From the NCBI GenBank assembly GCA_964016885.1, contig OZ024741.1:296732001-296796000 (forward strand): a stretch of 64,000 bases of DNA, read 5' to 3'. Positions 13,101-27,042 of the stretch are shown here, one piece after another. Each line of letters opens with the position of its first letter. Position 1 is the stretch's first letter. Source of the stretch: Eledone cirrhosa (lineage: Eukaryota). Under the pieces are notes generated by a model. The model searched no databases and was not told where the DNA came from. It saw only the letters and a program-made list of their open reading frames with translations. A program made the position numbers and the translations under genes.

Positions 13101-13639
13101 GGGGTGGGTTTTTTTCTCTGAAAGTTTCTTACCATACAAAAAAATATATGTTAAATTAAAGGTTTTGTAATTTTGTACGAATGTGGTTAGGGGAAATTAC
13201 TTTCTCCACAGCAACATCACATCAACTTCAACTACTGGTCCCATCGACTATGGAAGTGATGGTATTGTTGTTGTTGTTGTTGGTGGTGGTGTGTTGGTGG
13301 TGGTGGTAGTGATGGTGTTGGTGGTAGTGGTGGTAGTAGTGGTGTTGGTGGTGGTAGTGGTATGGGCGGTAGCGGTGTTGTTGGTGGTGGTATTGGTGTT
13401 ATTGTTGATGGTAATGGTGTTATTGTTGGTGGTGGTGGTAGTAACAACAATGACTACTACTATTATTACTACAACACTTTGCAACCAAAACAAGGATACA
13501 TGAAGCATGCTTGAATTTCCTGTTTACTAAACGGACTTTATTCTGAAAATTATGATTAAAATATTTAACACTATCGAATCATTATTCAGTCAGTTACTCT
13601 TTGTTATCGTTGGTGTTGTTGATGATGATATTTGCAGGA

Positions 13640-13760
13640 CGAAGGTGTTAAATATACAAGCTCAAGCAAGTACCTTAGCGCCCTCATCGGTGAAAAGGGA
13701 TCAAAGCCAGAGGTCCTTGCAAGGAGTGCTCTAACAGCCATAACCCAAGCCCTCACCTGT
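13640..13760 (+). pseudogene. RTE LINE fragment
   Basis: KYLSALIGEKGSKPEVLAR resembles the RTE KYLG...GSKPEVLSR segment. Confidence 0.55.
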
Positions 13761-14324
13761 GGCCGCATGAGATGGGGGTATTTGGTGCAGCGTTCAACAC
13801 TGCACTGTCCTAACGACCCCGAAAAGGGTTAAGGGACCATGATGATGGTTTTGTTGCCTTCCTTCGTTGTCAGATTATGTTTATTTAAAAATATATATAT
13901 ATATATATTTTTGACTCAGCAAAACAAAATGGCAGTAACCGGACAAATCTTTTCATTTAGGCACACGGCCAGCAAATTTAGGGCAAGGGCAAAGTTGATT
14001 AAATCAACCAAGTGCTTGACTGGTTCTTATAGTTTATCGACCCCGGAAGGATGAAAGCAAAGTTGACCTAGACGGGATTTGAGCTTAGAATGTAGAAAGT
14101 CGTATATAAATACCGCGAAGCATTTTGTCCGTTGCTACAATAATTTATTTTAACAACAGCAATCATAAACAAACAAATAAAACAACTTTCAAATTCATAA
14201 CGTAATATACTATAATGGTTTATGAGACTAAAGGTCAGAATACAAACCATATTATAGTGTGTAGTGTGTGTCTATGTATGTATGTATTTATATATGTATA
14301 TATATTTGTGTATATGTATATATA

Positions 14325-14402
<78 letters not shown>

Positions 14403-14726
14403 GTGTGTGTTCGCTTTTTACGCAAAGATGCGTTCGTGAACGCGGTGCGTAAAGTAAATTCGCGTAATTCAAGTCGCGTATTTCTCAAATAAAAATTTAA
14501 AAGCCACAAGTATTATAGCGCGTTATTCGCGCAAAGAGAAGAATATTTAATTATATTTTTTTCAATTCGCGTACTTCAAGTTCGCGTAAAAACCGAAGAG
14601 ACTATATGTAAGTATGTATGTGTATATGTACGTATGTATGTGTGTGTGTGTATATATATATATGTATACATATATATGTGTGTATATATATGTATGTGTA
14701 TATATATATGTATATATATGTGTGTG

Positions 14727-14784
<58 letters not shown>

Positions 14785-14786
<2 letters not shown>

Positions 14787-14860
14787 GGGTGTTCAAAAAA
14801 TGTATACATATATTTATTAGAATGATGTTGAAGTGCTTATACATTTTTGGGGCCACCCTA
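14785..14860. mobile_element. Tc1/mariner-type MITE (~77 bp)
   Basis: CAGGGTG...CACCCT terminal inverted repeats in TA context; second copy at 37071-37147. Confidence 0.7.
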
Positions 14861-15124
14861 TATATGTATTGTTTGTAAGAGACAATGAGAGAAAGAAGGT
14901 ATGAGAGACGACAAAGCTGTATCATAAGTACATCGCTTGCGTAATGCGTGAGTAATGAAAGACAATAGAATGTCGTTGGTGCTGTTAATAATAATGATGA
15001 TGGTGGTGGAATAGGTGGCGATGAGTAATGACATTTACAATGGAGTCTAATTTCAGAATCTAGAAGTCAGTTAGTTATATAACAGAATTTTAAGATTAAG
15101 TCAATTTCATTATTACAGTGCTTA

Positions 15125-16642
15125 TTCAGTATTGGTAGAGCGTCGGACACCCTGCTTCGTGGCGTAGAGTTTCGTCCATTTACGTTCTGAGTTCAAATCT
15201 CGCCGAGGTTAGCTTTACCTTTCACTCTTATGTAACCAGTAACGTACTGGGTTCGATTTAATCGACTTTCCCCCTCTCCCCAAATTGCTGGCCTTGTGCC
15301 AGAAATCATTATTAATCAAGTATAGGGGCAGTTTAGTGGAATGGTTAAGATCCTGGGTTCCATTCCACTGCGTGGAAACTTGTGCAAATGCCGTTTACTA
15401 TAGCCTCGTGTTGATTGAAGCTTTGAGAATTAAATTGGGTAGGCAGAAACTGTTTAGAAGTCCATTATTATTGGATGGACTGTACTTGAAATTAATTCAG
15501 AAAGCCAGCCTTGTCACACTCTGTGTCACGCTGCATCTCCCTAAGAATTATGTTAGAGATACACGTGTCAGTGAAATGCTCATCCATTTACACTGTAACT
15601 CATATTGGAATGTATCGGTCGAATGCTCAGCCATATACAAATTAATTTCACTGTTCTGCATACACTCGTTCAATGTCCGAGTATTGTTGACTTGTGGAGT
15701 ATTGTTGAATCAATCGTAAAGATCGCCCCACCACTTTCCTTTAACAGAGAAGAGCGAGCAGTTTTCCTATATCTTGTGGCTATGGGGAAAGTGGTTGTGT
15801 GTTGGACAAGACTGAATTGACTAAAGACAAACACATTCCTTTCCGGTCAGACATTCACAGAGAAAGAGAGAGAGAAGAGAGAGAGAGAGAATAGATCCCA
15901 GTATTAGACTGGCAGTTTATTTATCGACTCCGAAAAGATGGAAGGCAAAGTTAACCTCTTTTAGATTTGAACTCAGAACGCTGTGGCCAGAACAAAATAC
16001 CGAGGGGATTTTTAATTCGGTGCCCTAACTACCCAGCCAATTCGCCGCCATGCTCATCCACACATGCACACACAAACACACATACTCTCTCTCTCTCACG
16101 CGCGCGGAGAGAGAAGTAAAGCAGGAAGTAGATTCTACCAACGATATTCTATTCCATTTAGCCAAACCAAAAATAGTGTTGTGTGTTGTGTCTGTCTTAT
16201 TGAAAGAGTCTTATTGATATGAATTAATGTGAACTGATAGCATAACAGTTTGACAATCAATTCATTCTGCTGCTGGAGAAGGATGTACTGCGGGGGAGGA
16301 GAAGGAGCGAATATAGGAACTCTAATGTAACATAGAAATAATTGTTTCTACTTTAGGCACAAGGCCAGCACATATCCAGTGCATTACTGGTACTTTATTT
16401 TATCGACCCCGTAAGAATGAAAGGCAAAGTAAACTTCGGCGGGATTTGAATGTAACATAGAAATAATTGTTTCTACTTTAGGCACAAGGCCAGCAATCAC
16501 CAGTTCATTACTGGTACTTTATTTTATCGACCCCGTAAGGATGAAAAGCAAAGTCAACCTCGGCGGGATTTGAACTCAGATCGTAAAGGGGCGTAACTAT
16601 GCTGGAAAGCATGGCGTCCGACCCTCTACCGATACTGCCAAA
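15125..16642. mobile_element. SINE cluster (family A at ~15125-15310 +, ~15898-16030 -, 16338-16450 -, 16464-16642 -; a second SINE family at ~15324-15465)
   Basis: Similarity to the 1017-1200 copy; tandem partial duplication at 16324/16449. Confidence 0.75.
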
Positions 16643-16699
16643 TAGAAATAATGTAGAAAAGTTTGGTGGTAAATTGTGTTTTGGCAGAGTGTTGATAAT

Positions 16700-17002
16700 A
16701 AGGATGATGGTGGTGGTTGTAGTACAGAGATCTCTTAACGGGAAACCTCAAATGATGGTGTTGTTGTGGTGGTAATGGTTGTAGTACAGAGATCTCTTAA
16801 CGAGAGACCTCAAATGGTGGTGGTGATGGTGGTGGTGGTAGTACAGAGATCTCTTAACGAGAGACCTCAAATGTTGGTGTTAGTAATGATGGCGGTGTTG
16901 TTGTTGGTGGTGGTGTTAGTAATGATGGTGGTGGTGGTGGTGGTGGTACAGAGATCTCTTAACGAGAGACCTCAAATGTTGGTGTTAGTAATGATGGTGG
17001 TG

Positions 17003-17034
<32 letters not shown>

Positions 17035-17330
17035 ACAGAGATCTCTTAACGAGCGACCTCAAATGGTGCGGTTAGTAATGATGATGGTGTTGGTGGTTGT
17101 AGTACAGAGATCTCTTGCGAGAGGCCTCGAATGGTGGTGGTGGTACAGAGATCTCTTGCGAGAGGCCTCGAATGGGGGTGGTGGTGGTGGTGGTGGTGGT
17201 ACAGAGATCTCTTGCGAGAGGCCTCGAATGGTGGTGTTAGTAATGATGGTGGTGTTGTAATACAGAGATCTCTTAACGAGAGGCCTCTAATGGCGATTGA
17301 TGTTGTAGTGGTAATGCGAGGGATCTAACG
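16700..17330. repeat. Hairpin repeat with (GGT/GTT)n spacers of variable length
   Basis: About 9 copies of gtacagagatctcttaacgagagacctcaaatg and variants. Confidence 0.85.
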
Positions 17331-17759
17331 GGAGGCGTTGGTAGTGGTGGTGTGGTACAGAAATAGTTTAACTGAAGAGGGGCCGATGGTGGTGATGGCG
17401 GCGACGGTGGTGGTACTGGCTTTGGTACGGAGATCTGGACATCTGTTAATATATAAAGATAGATTTGTTGCTATTATTATTGTTTTCCCGCCGAGGTTAA
17501 CTTTGCCTTTCATCCTTACGGGGTCGATAAAATAAAGTACCAGTAATACACTGGGATAATTGCTGGCCTTATGCCAAAAGTAGAAACAATTATTATTGTT
17601 TTCTGTGTTGTTTAATAACAGAAGACGGTTTTATAATTGTTCTTATTATGGTTGTTTCTCTCGGTCAGGTTTGACGCCCATGATGGAGTCTGTTTAATAA
17701 CTCGGTGTGCCATTTACGTCTCTCTCTCTCTCTCAAACACACTCATGCATACATACATA

Positions 17760-20130
17760 CATGCATGATTGCTGATTCGTTTCAGAATATTGCCATCTCT
17801 TCAAATGTCGTCGATAAGTACCTAATTCTGGGCACGTAAAGTGGCTCTTAAGACCGATCCCAGAGCCGTAGGTTTTCTCGCAAATATTACTCTTAAAATG
17901 AATATTGCAGCCCTGATCATGTCGATTACAGTGTCTGGTCAGACCACTTTGAGAACAACAGATTTTTCCACAGACATGACAAATCTAATTATCTAGCCTC
18001 CACGACAAAAGATCATCATAGTCATCCTGTGTCTTACTAACCACGTGCGATGTTTTATGATTAATGAGACCAGCTTTAGAAAGAAGTAATCTTTCACATC
18101 TAAATTTTGTATTGAAATCTTCTGGAATCTCTCTGTTTACTCCCTTTCATAAAGATCTTTTGAGCTCTGCATGTTTGATGCGTTTTGCCTCAAACTTCTC
18201 GCAACCATCTTTAATCATGCTACGCCAGCCTAATCTGTTTTTTTTATAAGGATTCCCAATTCGTAATATCCATATCGAGGATCTCCAAATTATCCCTAAG
18301 CACATCTTTGAATCATTTCTTTGGTTTATCATTTGGCCGTTTTTTATTTAAAAGCTCTGTATATAACACTCTCTTGGGTAACCTGTTATCGTCCATCCTA
18401 ACAACATGACCAGTCCAACGCATCTGGCTGTAAACAATCAACTTTTCAATACTTTCACAACCAGCTCTCCTCATTACATCTATATCTGGTGTCAAAGGTG
18501 TACCCATAATTCCTAAAACCTGTCTAGCTATTTTATGTGCCGCCAATAGGTTGTTCATACCTCGGATCCTATTCAGTAACGCAGTTAGCACGCATGGTCT
18601 GTACTTGTTTATTTTAGTTACTAGGTGAAGGCCTTGATCTGTCCATACCCTTTTCTTAAGTTTTCCAAATGCTTAAGTGGTATTTTAAATTCTTTGATTG
18701 AATTCTGCATCAAGTGATCCATCCTTACTGATAATGTTTCTGAGATATGTGAACTTATCTACTACACCCAGTCGTCTACTGTTAACTGTTATGTTTGGCT
18801 CAACATAAGCCTCATCTGGAAAAGGACTGGACATTACTTTAGTTTTTGTGAGGCTGATGGTCAATCCTCAAAATGACAAGGCCTAGAAAAATGATCCATT
18901 ACGCCCTGTATGTCTTCTTCATTGTGTGCAACAAGATCAGCTTCATCTGCACACAACAGCTCAAGAATAATGTCTTGAAAAGTTTTCGATTTAACGTGAA
19001 AGCGGCGCAAGTTAAAAAGTTTGCCATATGTCTGAAATCACAAGTAAACTCCCACATTGTAATCCTTAAATGCATAGCCCAGGCAGACTGCAAAATAGAT
19101 GGAAAATAGTGCTGGTGCTGGTATCTTCCCCTGTTTCACACCATTTTCAGTTTTGATCGGCTCAGAGAGTTTACCATTGAGATTAACTCTTCCTTTCATG
19201 ATTTTTGTGAGACCTCTTAAACAAATCCACGAACACAGAGGGACAACCAATTTTCTGAGAATTATCCGCAAAGCATCTAGATTTACAGTATCAAAAGCCT
19301 TGGTAAGATCTACAAAAACCTGATACAGGAGAAGTCTATGTTCAAAACACTTCTGCTATTGGCGTGTAGTGAATATGATGTCCATGGAGCTGATCCGATC
19401 TGAACCCTCACTGACCCTTTGGTAGAACCGAAGGTCAGATCCAAGTCGACAATCTGTTAAGCAGTAACTTGGTAAGAACCTTACCACTGGCGTCAAACAC
19501 ACTTATACCACGATAGTCGTCGCATATTGATTTAGATACGTTGTCCTTGTACGAGAATATTATGATTGTATCTACTCATTCTTGAGGTATATCGCCACCC
19601 TCCCAAATTCGTAATATCAAAGTAAACCTGAGAAGTAATAACGCCTCAAAATCTCAATTGGAATCCTATCCAGACCAGAAGCCTTCCTGCTATATATTCC
19701 ATTAATTTTCATTTATACTTCAGCCAGTGAAGTCAAATCCATCATCTCTGCCATTAATTCTGTCTGGTCGAGACTGTTGATTATCTCTAAATCAATTTCT
19801 AACGGATTATGAAACAAATCAGTGAAATGTTCCTGCCATCGCTTTATAATACCATCAGCATCCTTGTACAAAAGACCACCATCCCGTGCAGGTTCATGCC
19901 TATGTGCTTCCAACCTGTTAAGTCAGCAACCCCTCATCGCCGCTGGACATTTGAAGAGATATCTGCACGTAAGATCTTGATGAAATGTGCTTGTGCTACA
20001 CACATAACACCCTCAGAGTCAATACAACTATATACTAGTGATAAGCATAAGCAAGGTGACTAGAAAGCCGTATTGTCCGCAGGTAAGTTACCCCGTGCTA
20101 GGCAGCAAACTAGAATTTCAAGGTTCCACG
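17760..20130 (-). mobile_element. Decayed RTE (BovB-like) LINE
   Basis: RWQEHFTDL, YQVFVDLTKAFD, GVKQG..AP.LF.I, MRWTGHVVRMDDNRLPKRVLY; many stops and frameshifts. Confidence 0.88.
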
Positions 20131-21077
20131 AAAATTATCCTCCTACATTAGTACACACATTTAAGTGGACCAGATGAAGAAAGACCAGGCTTTGATGACT
20201 TGAGATTTCCAGGCTACTACTACTAACTACCAATATCAACAATTTGAGGGGAAGAGAAAGTCGATTATATCGACTCCAGTACTTAACTGGTACTTTATTA
20301 TACCGACCGCTCCTCTCCTCCCCGGAAGGATGAAAAGTGAAGTTAACTTCGGCAGGGTTTGAACTCAGAATGTAAATAGCCGGAACAAACACAGCAATTA
20401 TATTTTAATGGACGCTCTACCGATTCTGCCAATCCAACCACCACTCCACCACCCACCCCCCGACAGGCCAGATAATATTAACAAGAAAGAAGATAAAATG
20501 AAAAATATACAAAAGTAATGAAATGGACAGATGGGTGTTACGTTACGAGGTGCCCAGCTACAGATAACTTATCTAACTCCTGAAGGGTGTGGGGAAAGAT
20601 AGGACCGCGTCTAAAAAAATACGTAGCAATGTGGCTAATTGCGGGTGGAAATGACTGGATGTCAAGCCCCCCACCTACAACACACCTATCACTTTAATTA
20701 GTTTTGCAAATGTTCCTCCTCCTCCTCCCCTCTTCTTCTTCAAGTTTTTTAAATTTCTTTTTACTTAGTAGGTCTAGAGGAAGAGGCAATGCCCTTAGCC
20801 TTCACGGGCCCTCCGAGAAGAAAGATTTGTGCTGTTGATGTTCCGTTTAAATTGTTACAGTATTACTCCTTTGTAAAAGACATATGCAAGGAGGGAGTTC
20901 CAGCTGACCTACGGTCGGCAACTCCTGACCCGCGAATGATTTTTGCCAGCCCGCCGACAGGTTTCAACTTTAGGCTAACCGATTTTTAGGCGCGGTGGTC
21001 GTCGGTCATCCCGTCCAATTGGTTATTGTTTACTGGCTAGCACATCATCAAACAAAAAAGAACATACCTCAAGATTA

Positions 21078-21351
21078 TGTTACGTGAACATTTTATTTAA
21101 AGCAAATCATAATACTGGTTAACACATCAGTGCTCCAAGGTTGGGTAGTGGTCCATTATCGTATTATGCCACGACCGCATGGTGTGATGTCGCTGCGTGA
21201 AACTGCACGGAGACTAGCACGTCTGTTGTCTACGAGCTGCCATGGTCAGAGTGTTGTTGTCTCAGCAACTGACGTCAGAACGTGACGTCAGAACTAAGAG
21301 CAGTTAATCGATTGGCTTCACAGTCGACGCTAGATGGCGTGATCTTCTACA
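21078..21351 (-). mobile_element. Probable solo LTR
   Basis: TG...CA termini, AATAAA just before the minus-strand end, near-TSD gatta/gattc, CpG-rich with two TGACGTCA motifs. Confidence 0.5.
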
Positions 21352-21904
21352 GATTCCTGAAAAAGTGCTCTGAATTATTTGGGATTAGAATACCGACTAG
21401 AGAACACGTCTAGCCACAATTCTCACTTTGCTAAATGTAATTTTTTGCGTGACAGTAGCAAACAATCAAACTCAGACAGATAGAATAGTCAGACATCGAG
21501 GTCAAGGAGATTGTGTGTATGTGTGTGTGTGTGTATTCATGTATATTCGTGCATACATAGTATATGTATAGCAAGCATGACGTAGATTTACCTTTAAAAA
21601 AGTTAGCGTTTCTGGCATACAGTTATTGCATTTCATCCTAAATTTTTTTCATTTGAGTTTGCTGTCTGGTAGTAAAACATCTGTAAGTGACTGTATTTGA
21701 TATTAATCAATGTTTATTTATTTTGCTATGTTAAACGTGTTCAGTATTATTAAAAGTAAATTTTTTCATCGAATAAAAGGCAACCCTGATCTAAACACAC
21801 CGCCAGGTATCGCGGTTTTATCGCAGTTTATTTTAAAAAATGTCATAATATTTTATCATATTACTATATTGGTTTTTACATATGTTCTCATTACTTATTT
21901 GATA

Positions 21905-22040
21905 TCGTGGCCCACTGACGAGACACTGCATAGCTATGTGGCCCATCGACGAGACATTGCATAGCTATGTGGCCCATCGACAAGACATTGCATAGCCATG
22001 TGACCTGCCGACGAGACACTGCATAGCAATGTGGTCCGTA
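21905..22040. repeat. 31-bp minisatellite (4 units)
   Basis: Unit gcatagctatgtggcccatcgacgagacatt. Confidence 0.85.
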
Positions 22041-23585
22041 CACTCCAAAAGGTTGTCGACTGGATGAAAGGCAAAGTTGACCACGGCGGGATTTGAACAC
22101 AGAGCGCAAGAACGAATACAGCAAAACATTTCTATCGGACGCTCTAACGACTCTGCTAATTCACCACCTTCAACACTTACATACATACATTGGTCACAGT
22201 GATCCGCCATATTAGATAAAGTAATTCGGGATCGTTAATGAAATGCCAGTCGAGTATATGGCGGTGGGGGTTCAGAATTGTTCAATTATCAGATATCTTT
22301 TCCAGTTCTGTGCATTCTGAGTTCAAATCTCGCTTCCTATTACTGGAAAAGCTAGTTTGAACTCAGTGCAGAGAGCAAGAACAAATAGCAAGGCATCTCA
22401 ACACTCTAACGACTTTGTCAATTCCTATTTTTATAGTAGTAAAGAAATGATTTCGTTATATGTTGTTCTTTGTCTATTAAGTTGTTTATCTTCGTCAACA
22501 TCATCCTCTTCCACCACCATCACCACCAACAGCAACGATAATAACAAGAATAACAAAACCATCTATGATTATGAGAATAGATAAAATCAGCTATGATTGT
22601 GAGAAGAGACTTAAACAGATATTTGTATGTTAAGACGTGCCTCTTCTTACACAAACCAATCGGTGAGTGTAGATACAGAGTTGTTTACTAAACAGACTGG
22701 TTGATGAATGTATTGGTTGCATGGAGGGGTGGCTGGGTGGATGGATCAGGACCAGATTTAATGGGAGCAAAGAGGGCAAAAGGGGCAATTTCCCCGGGCC
22801 CTCCTGCAGTGGGGCATCTCACTAGTAAACGGCCATATCAATGTATTTGTGCCCTCTGATGGATTTTTAAAATTAGTTTTAGGATGGTTTAGGTGGACAT
22901 TTGAATAACAGATATAATCTATTCGACGGCTTTCCATACAGTCTCTGTCTAATCTGTTTGATTGGCATGGCTTGGGTCGACTCGAGATTATGGTAAAGAA
23001 ACTTGCCCAATATACCACGCAGTGGGATCGAACGCGGGACCTCAATATAACTGATAATAAAAGAAACTACCGTAGTATTTTTTCATAATGTTGACCTTAA
23101 AAAATAAATAAAACCTGGTGCTGTATAGAATACACTTGCCCGCGGAGCCACGTAGTGAGAGACACATGATTGTGAATTGAACTTCTTAACCACTCAGCCT
23201 TGTCCGCGTCCATAATAGGTAGATAGATACGTAAATGTGTGGGCACAAGATATAATAAAAACAGATTGGACGATAGAAAACGTTGACAGACAGACAGATT
23301 ATAAAGAGAAATTTATCGGTTGGTATGTAGATAGATAAGGAGAAAACATAGGAGAGCGTAGTATAAGTGACAAAGAAAAAGAGATGGTGTCTATAGTGAA
23401 GAGAGGAAATTGCATAAAATTTGAAAGAAGCAGAATAAGAATTTAAATGTCTTCCGTGTTCTATTTGTAGATAAGGGTTTATGGGAGATTTAATACCAAC
23501 ATAATCCTCAGTCTTCACGCCTCTTTAACTGTAACTCATTTCTATATATTAATCCTCTCTTTTCCTTCATTTACAAACTCTCTCA

Positions 23586-23622
<37 letters not shown>

Positions 23623-23803
23623 ATAATAATAATACTATTTATAGTTATGTATATAGTATAAACAACCATAAACAGGAAGGTCAGTAATTTCCTATTACCT
23701 TATTACCAGTAAGAGAAATAGCTCAATGTATGAACATCAGTTGTTTTACAGAGCAGGAAAATAAATAAATTATACAATTATCAAAGTTGTGTTCAAATCA
23801 TTT

Positions 23804-23856
23804 AATAGCTGACAATCGTTTCTGCCAAACTCTCATTTGGAATCATCGGAGCATTA
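23804..23856 (-). ncRNA. Hammerhead-like motif (CCGAUGA)
   Basis: Minus: gct-CCGATGA-ttccaaa tgagag tttggca-GAAAC-gatt-GTC-agc. Confidence 0.55.
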
Positions 23857-24063
23857 TCAATTTTTGTACATGTAATTAACCTCCTATTCAACTGAACAAT
23901 AATATAGATACATATGTATTGATGTTGTGAGCAACAGTTTCGTATTTACAGTGTAGTTTTAGCTCAATGTAGGATAACTAGTATACTACAGAGCCGGTCA
24001 TTTAACCTTGTTCTGGTGACGCAGCTCGATGGAGCATGCAACTACTGATATACTCATGTTTAT

Positions 24064-24112
24064 AGGCTCTGAAGATTCCTGCCATGGTGTATGGATGAAA
24101 CACTGTTAGTTA
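24064..24112 (+). ncRNA. Minimal hammerhead motif
   Basis: ggct-CTGAAGA-ttcc...ggat-GAAAC-act-GTT-agtt, then AATAAA and a TA tract. Confidence 0.6.
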
Positions 24113-24148
24113 ATAAAACAATGTATTTCTAAGCACTCTTTGGTTATT

Positions 24149-24188
<40 letters not shown>

Positions 24189-24595
24189 TAACAGATTAAA
24201 GTTTAAGCAAAGAATCGCTGCTTTCACCCTTAACGGGATCTTCTGAAAGAATATTTGCTCTAGGGTTCTTATATATTTGATATATATTTATCCTTATCGA
24301 GCCCTCTTTGGATTTTAGTCTTCAAATTTATTATTATTACTATATATATATATATATATGCGTAGGTTCCGGAGTGGTGTCAGGGTTGGAGTAACCACAG
24401 TTAAAGAAGGTACTCGATATGTTGGAATCTTTATTATATATAGAAATGACTTGCAGGACTAGAACGTTTTCATTTATATGAAATCACGGGAATGTCGTGT
24501 GTGTGTGAGTAAAATGTAAACAGAAATAACAACACAATCGGTACAGTATATGGAAGGAATATATTAGGTTAACGTTTGAAATAGCAGGAAGAGGG

Positions 24596-24632
24596 TCTTA
24601 ACGTTTCGGAAGCTAGTCCTTCATCAGAAGAA
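24596..24632 (-). ncRNA. Minimal hammerhead motif
   Basis: Minus: ctt-CTGATGA-agga ctagc ttcc-GAAAC-GTT-aag (AACGTT palindrome). Confidence 0.7.
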
Positions 24633-25108
24633 AGAATGAAAAATAAGTTAGATTGAAGAGACGGGCGTGGTGGAATTGGAAAAAAATGTCTTTAGATAAA
24701 AATAACAGCTCCATTCATGTTGGCATCTCTTTATATATATATTCATATTCATTTTATTAAGGGTAAATAGTCGGTCTTGTTCAATTTGCCAATTGGTAAT
24801 GTAAACACAACTGCAGTTCTGTTTACATGCCAACACAAGAGCAAGAATGAAGGGTTCATTCTACTGACATGGCTTTAAAAACGAGGCTTGTTTGCATAAT
24901 TGCAAACGAATCGAATGTTATTATTAATATTCGAAAAACTCAGATTACATTTATTGTATTCAGCCATATAGAGCGAAAGAATTTTTTAAAAAAATATTAT
25001 ATATATAAGAGCTCAGGCTATCTAAACTGATAGTCCTGTATAACGGAGTTTTAAATAACGGAGTTTTAAATAAACCTGAACTAACTGAATATGGCCTTCG
25101 ATCTTTTA

Positions 25109-25144
<36 letters not shown>

Positions 25145-25150
<6 letters not shown>

Positions 25151-25836
25151 AATAATGGAGCTGCGGCGCTGCAAATGGGTTACATATGAAAAAGTTTGTC
25201 CTCATCAGTGGCCTTCCAACCGTCGTAGGCATTTCGTCGCATTAAAGCCCATATACCTCAGGTTGGTGCGAGCAACGGCTAAAAAAAGTCGTTGGGACAC
25301 GTAAATAAGGGAGACGCTAGGGTAAACAAACAAAATGGTTTAAGCAACAGAAAGTGATGAGAAGAAAGAAACAAGTCCCAGATTTCTATGAATATAAATT
25401 CGGTGGAATCGTGAACGAGAGAATAAAGACCATCAAACCTGGTTGAAATGTGAGCAAGGAAGGAATTTCGCACAGGTCTAACGGGAGGAAGAAGGGGTCT
25501 GGTCTGCGAATTCGGTAAACATAAGTTCTGTGAAGTCGCAGACGAGAGAGAGATAAAAAAAATTCATACCGGCTTGGCCAAGTGCCCGCGAGAAAAGGAT
25601 TACGGACAGGTCAAACGGGAAGAAAGGGGAGGAGGAGAGGTAGTGACAGAGAGTGAGTGAGTGAAAGGTGAGGAAGAGGCAAACAGAGAGAGAGAGAAAC
25701 TGCTAGAAAGGGTAAAGACACAAAGAACGAAACAGACTGGTGGCAGCGGAGGAAAAAATATATGTGTAAATATGATAATAATGGAGCTGCGGCGCTGCAA
25801 ATGGGTTACATTTGAAAAAGTTTGTCCTCATCAGTG
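25145..25836 (-). mobile_element. pLTR-bounded PLE derivative (~70-bp direct repeats) between TA tracts
   Basis: Repeat tatgataataatggagctgcggcgc...cctcatcagtg at both ends, carrying CTGATGAG on minus with a decayed GAAAC box. Confidence 0.55.
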
Positions 25837-26025
25837 ATACACACACTTCGATCTTTTACTAATATATATATATATATATATATATAAAGTTTAAAGAAAG
25901 TGTCCAAGCGCAGAAATGCTATAAAGATAGCTTATAAAATAGGGTGAAGACCTTTAAAAGTCGGAAAAAGTAGTTGCCAACGGCCACTCTGTGTGTGTGC
26001 GTGTGTGTGTGTGTGTATATGTGTA

Positions 26026-26081
<56 letters not shown>

Positions 26082-26130
26082 AGTAAAAGATCGAAGGCCA
26101 TATTTAGTTAGTTCAGGTTTATTTAAAACT

Positions 26131-26189
26131 CCGTTATACATATTTCACTAAGGACCATCAGTTTAGATAGCCTGAGCTCTTCAGACGGC
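26131..26189 (-). ncRNA. Hammerhead-like motif (decayed)
   Basis: Minus: ccgt-CTGAAGA-gctcaggctatc...gatggtccttagt-GAAAT-at-GTA-taacgg. Partial inverted copy at ~25005-25112. Confidence 0.5.
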
Positions 26190-26326
26190 AAAACCTAAAA
26201 TAAACATTGAAAGTTCCTAATAAACTTTGAAATTCAGAAAAATCCAATAATTTTCCCGAAAAGGATTTTATTTTCATGATACTTGGCGCCGGCCGAACTT
26301 GTGGTGTTGTTTCTTCGACGGCCTTC

Positions 26327-26394
<68 letters not shown>

Positions 26395-26475
26395 TTTGAA
26401 TTTGTTTTGCAAGATTTCTTATCTGAAAACGTGTGTTGAAACAGATATTGTTATACTTTGGGAGGGTCATGCTGC

Positions 26476-26990
26476 TGTTGATTTTCACTTCAGTTTATTA
26501 TAAATTTCCTGATGGTTGGTTGGTTCCATAACCGGATGGTTGTTTATATATTGCCAAAGCTCTTTCGTCACAGAGTAGGACATAACAGAGGAGAGACACA
26601 AAATAAAAACCTAGTCACTGAGGAGGTCACAGAATGTGTGACGAAAAGCTTTTACAATATATAAACAGCCATCCGATTATCGAACCAACCAACCATCCGG
26701 AAATTTGTAATAAACTGAAGTGAAAATCAACAGGCGTGTGTGTTTTTATTGGCAGCATGGCCCTCCTAAAGTATAACTATATATATGCTTCCTTCTCACA
26801 CTCTCACGTGTATCTGTTCTCTCCTCATCCAAAATTTCCTGAAGAAGGACTTCTGTCCGAAACCTTGAGAGGGGAGGCTTGTATACATAGCCGACTGCTG
26901 GTCTTCCACAAACAAACTTGCCCAGGCTTTTGCCGAGGAGGGGACACTTTCTAGGTGCAAAACCATGGTCATTAGTTACCGATGGGGGGC
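26476..26990 (+). mobile_element. Fold-back element (arms ~26476-26571 / 26637-26731) with two hammerhead-like motifs
   Basis: CTGAGGA-ggtcac...gtgac-GAAAAGCTTTT at ~26614-26656 and CTGAAGA-aggac ttct gtcc-GAAAC-ctt at ~26835-26872. Confidence 0.6.
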
Positions 26991-26992
26991 TT

Positions 26993-27042
<50 letters not shown>

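Noticed and set aside
16700-17330. CRISPR-like repeat-spacer look
   Set aside because: Spacers are low-complexity and variable in length, the context is eukaryotic and there are no cas genes.
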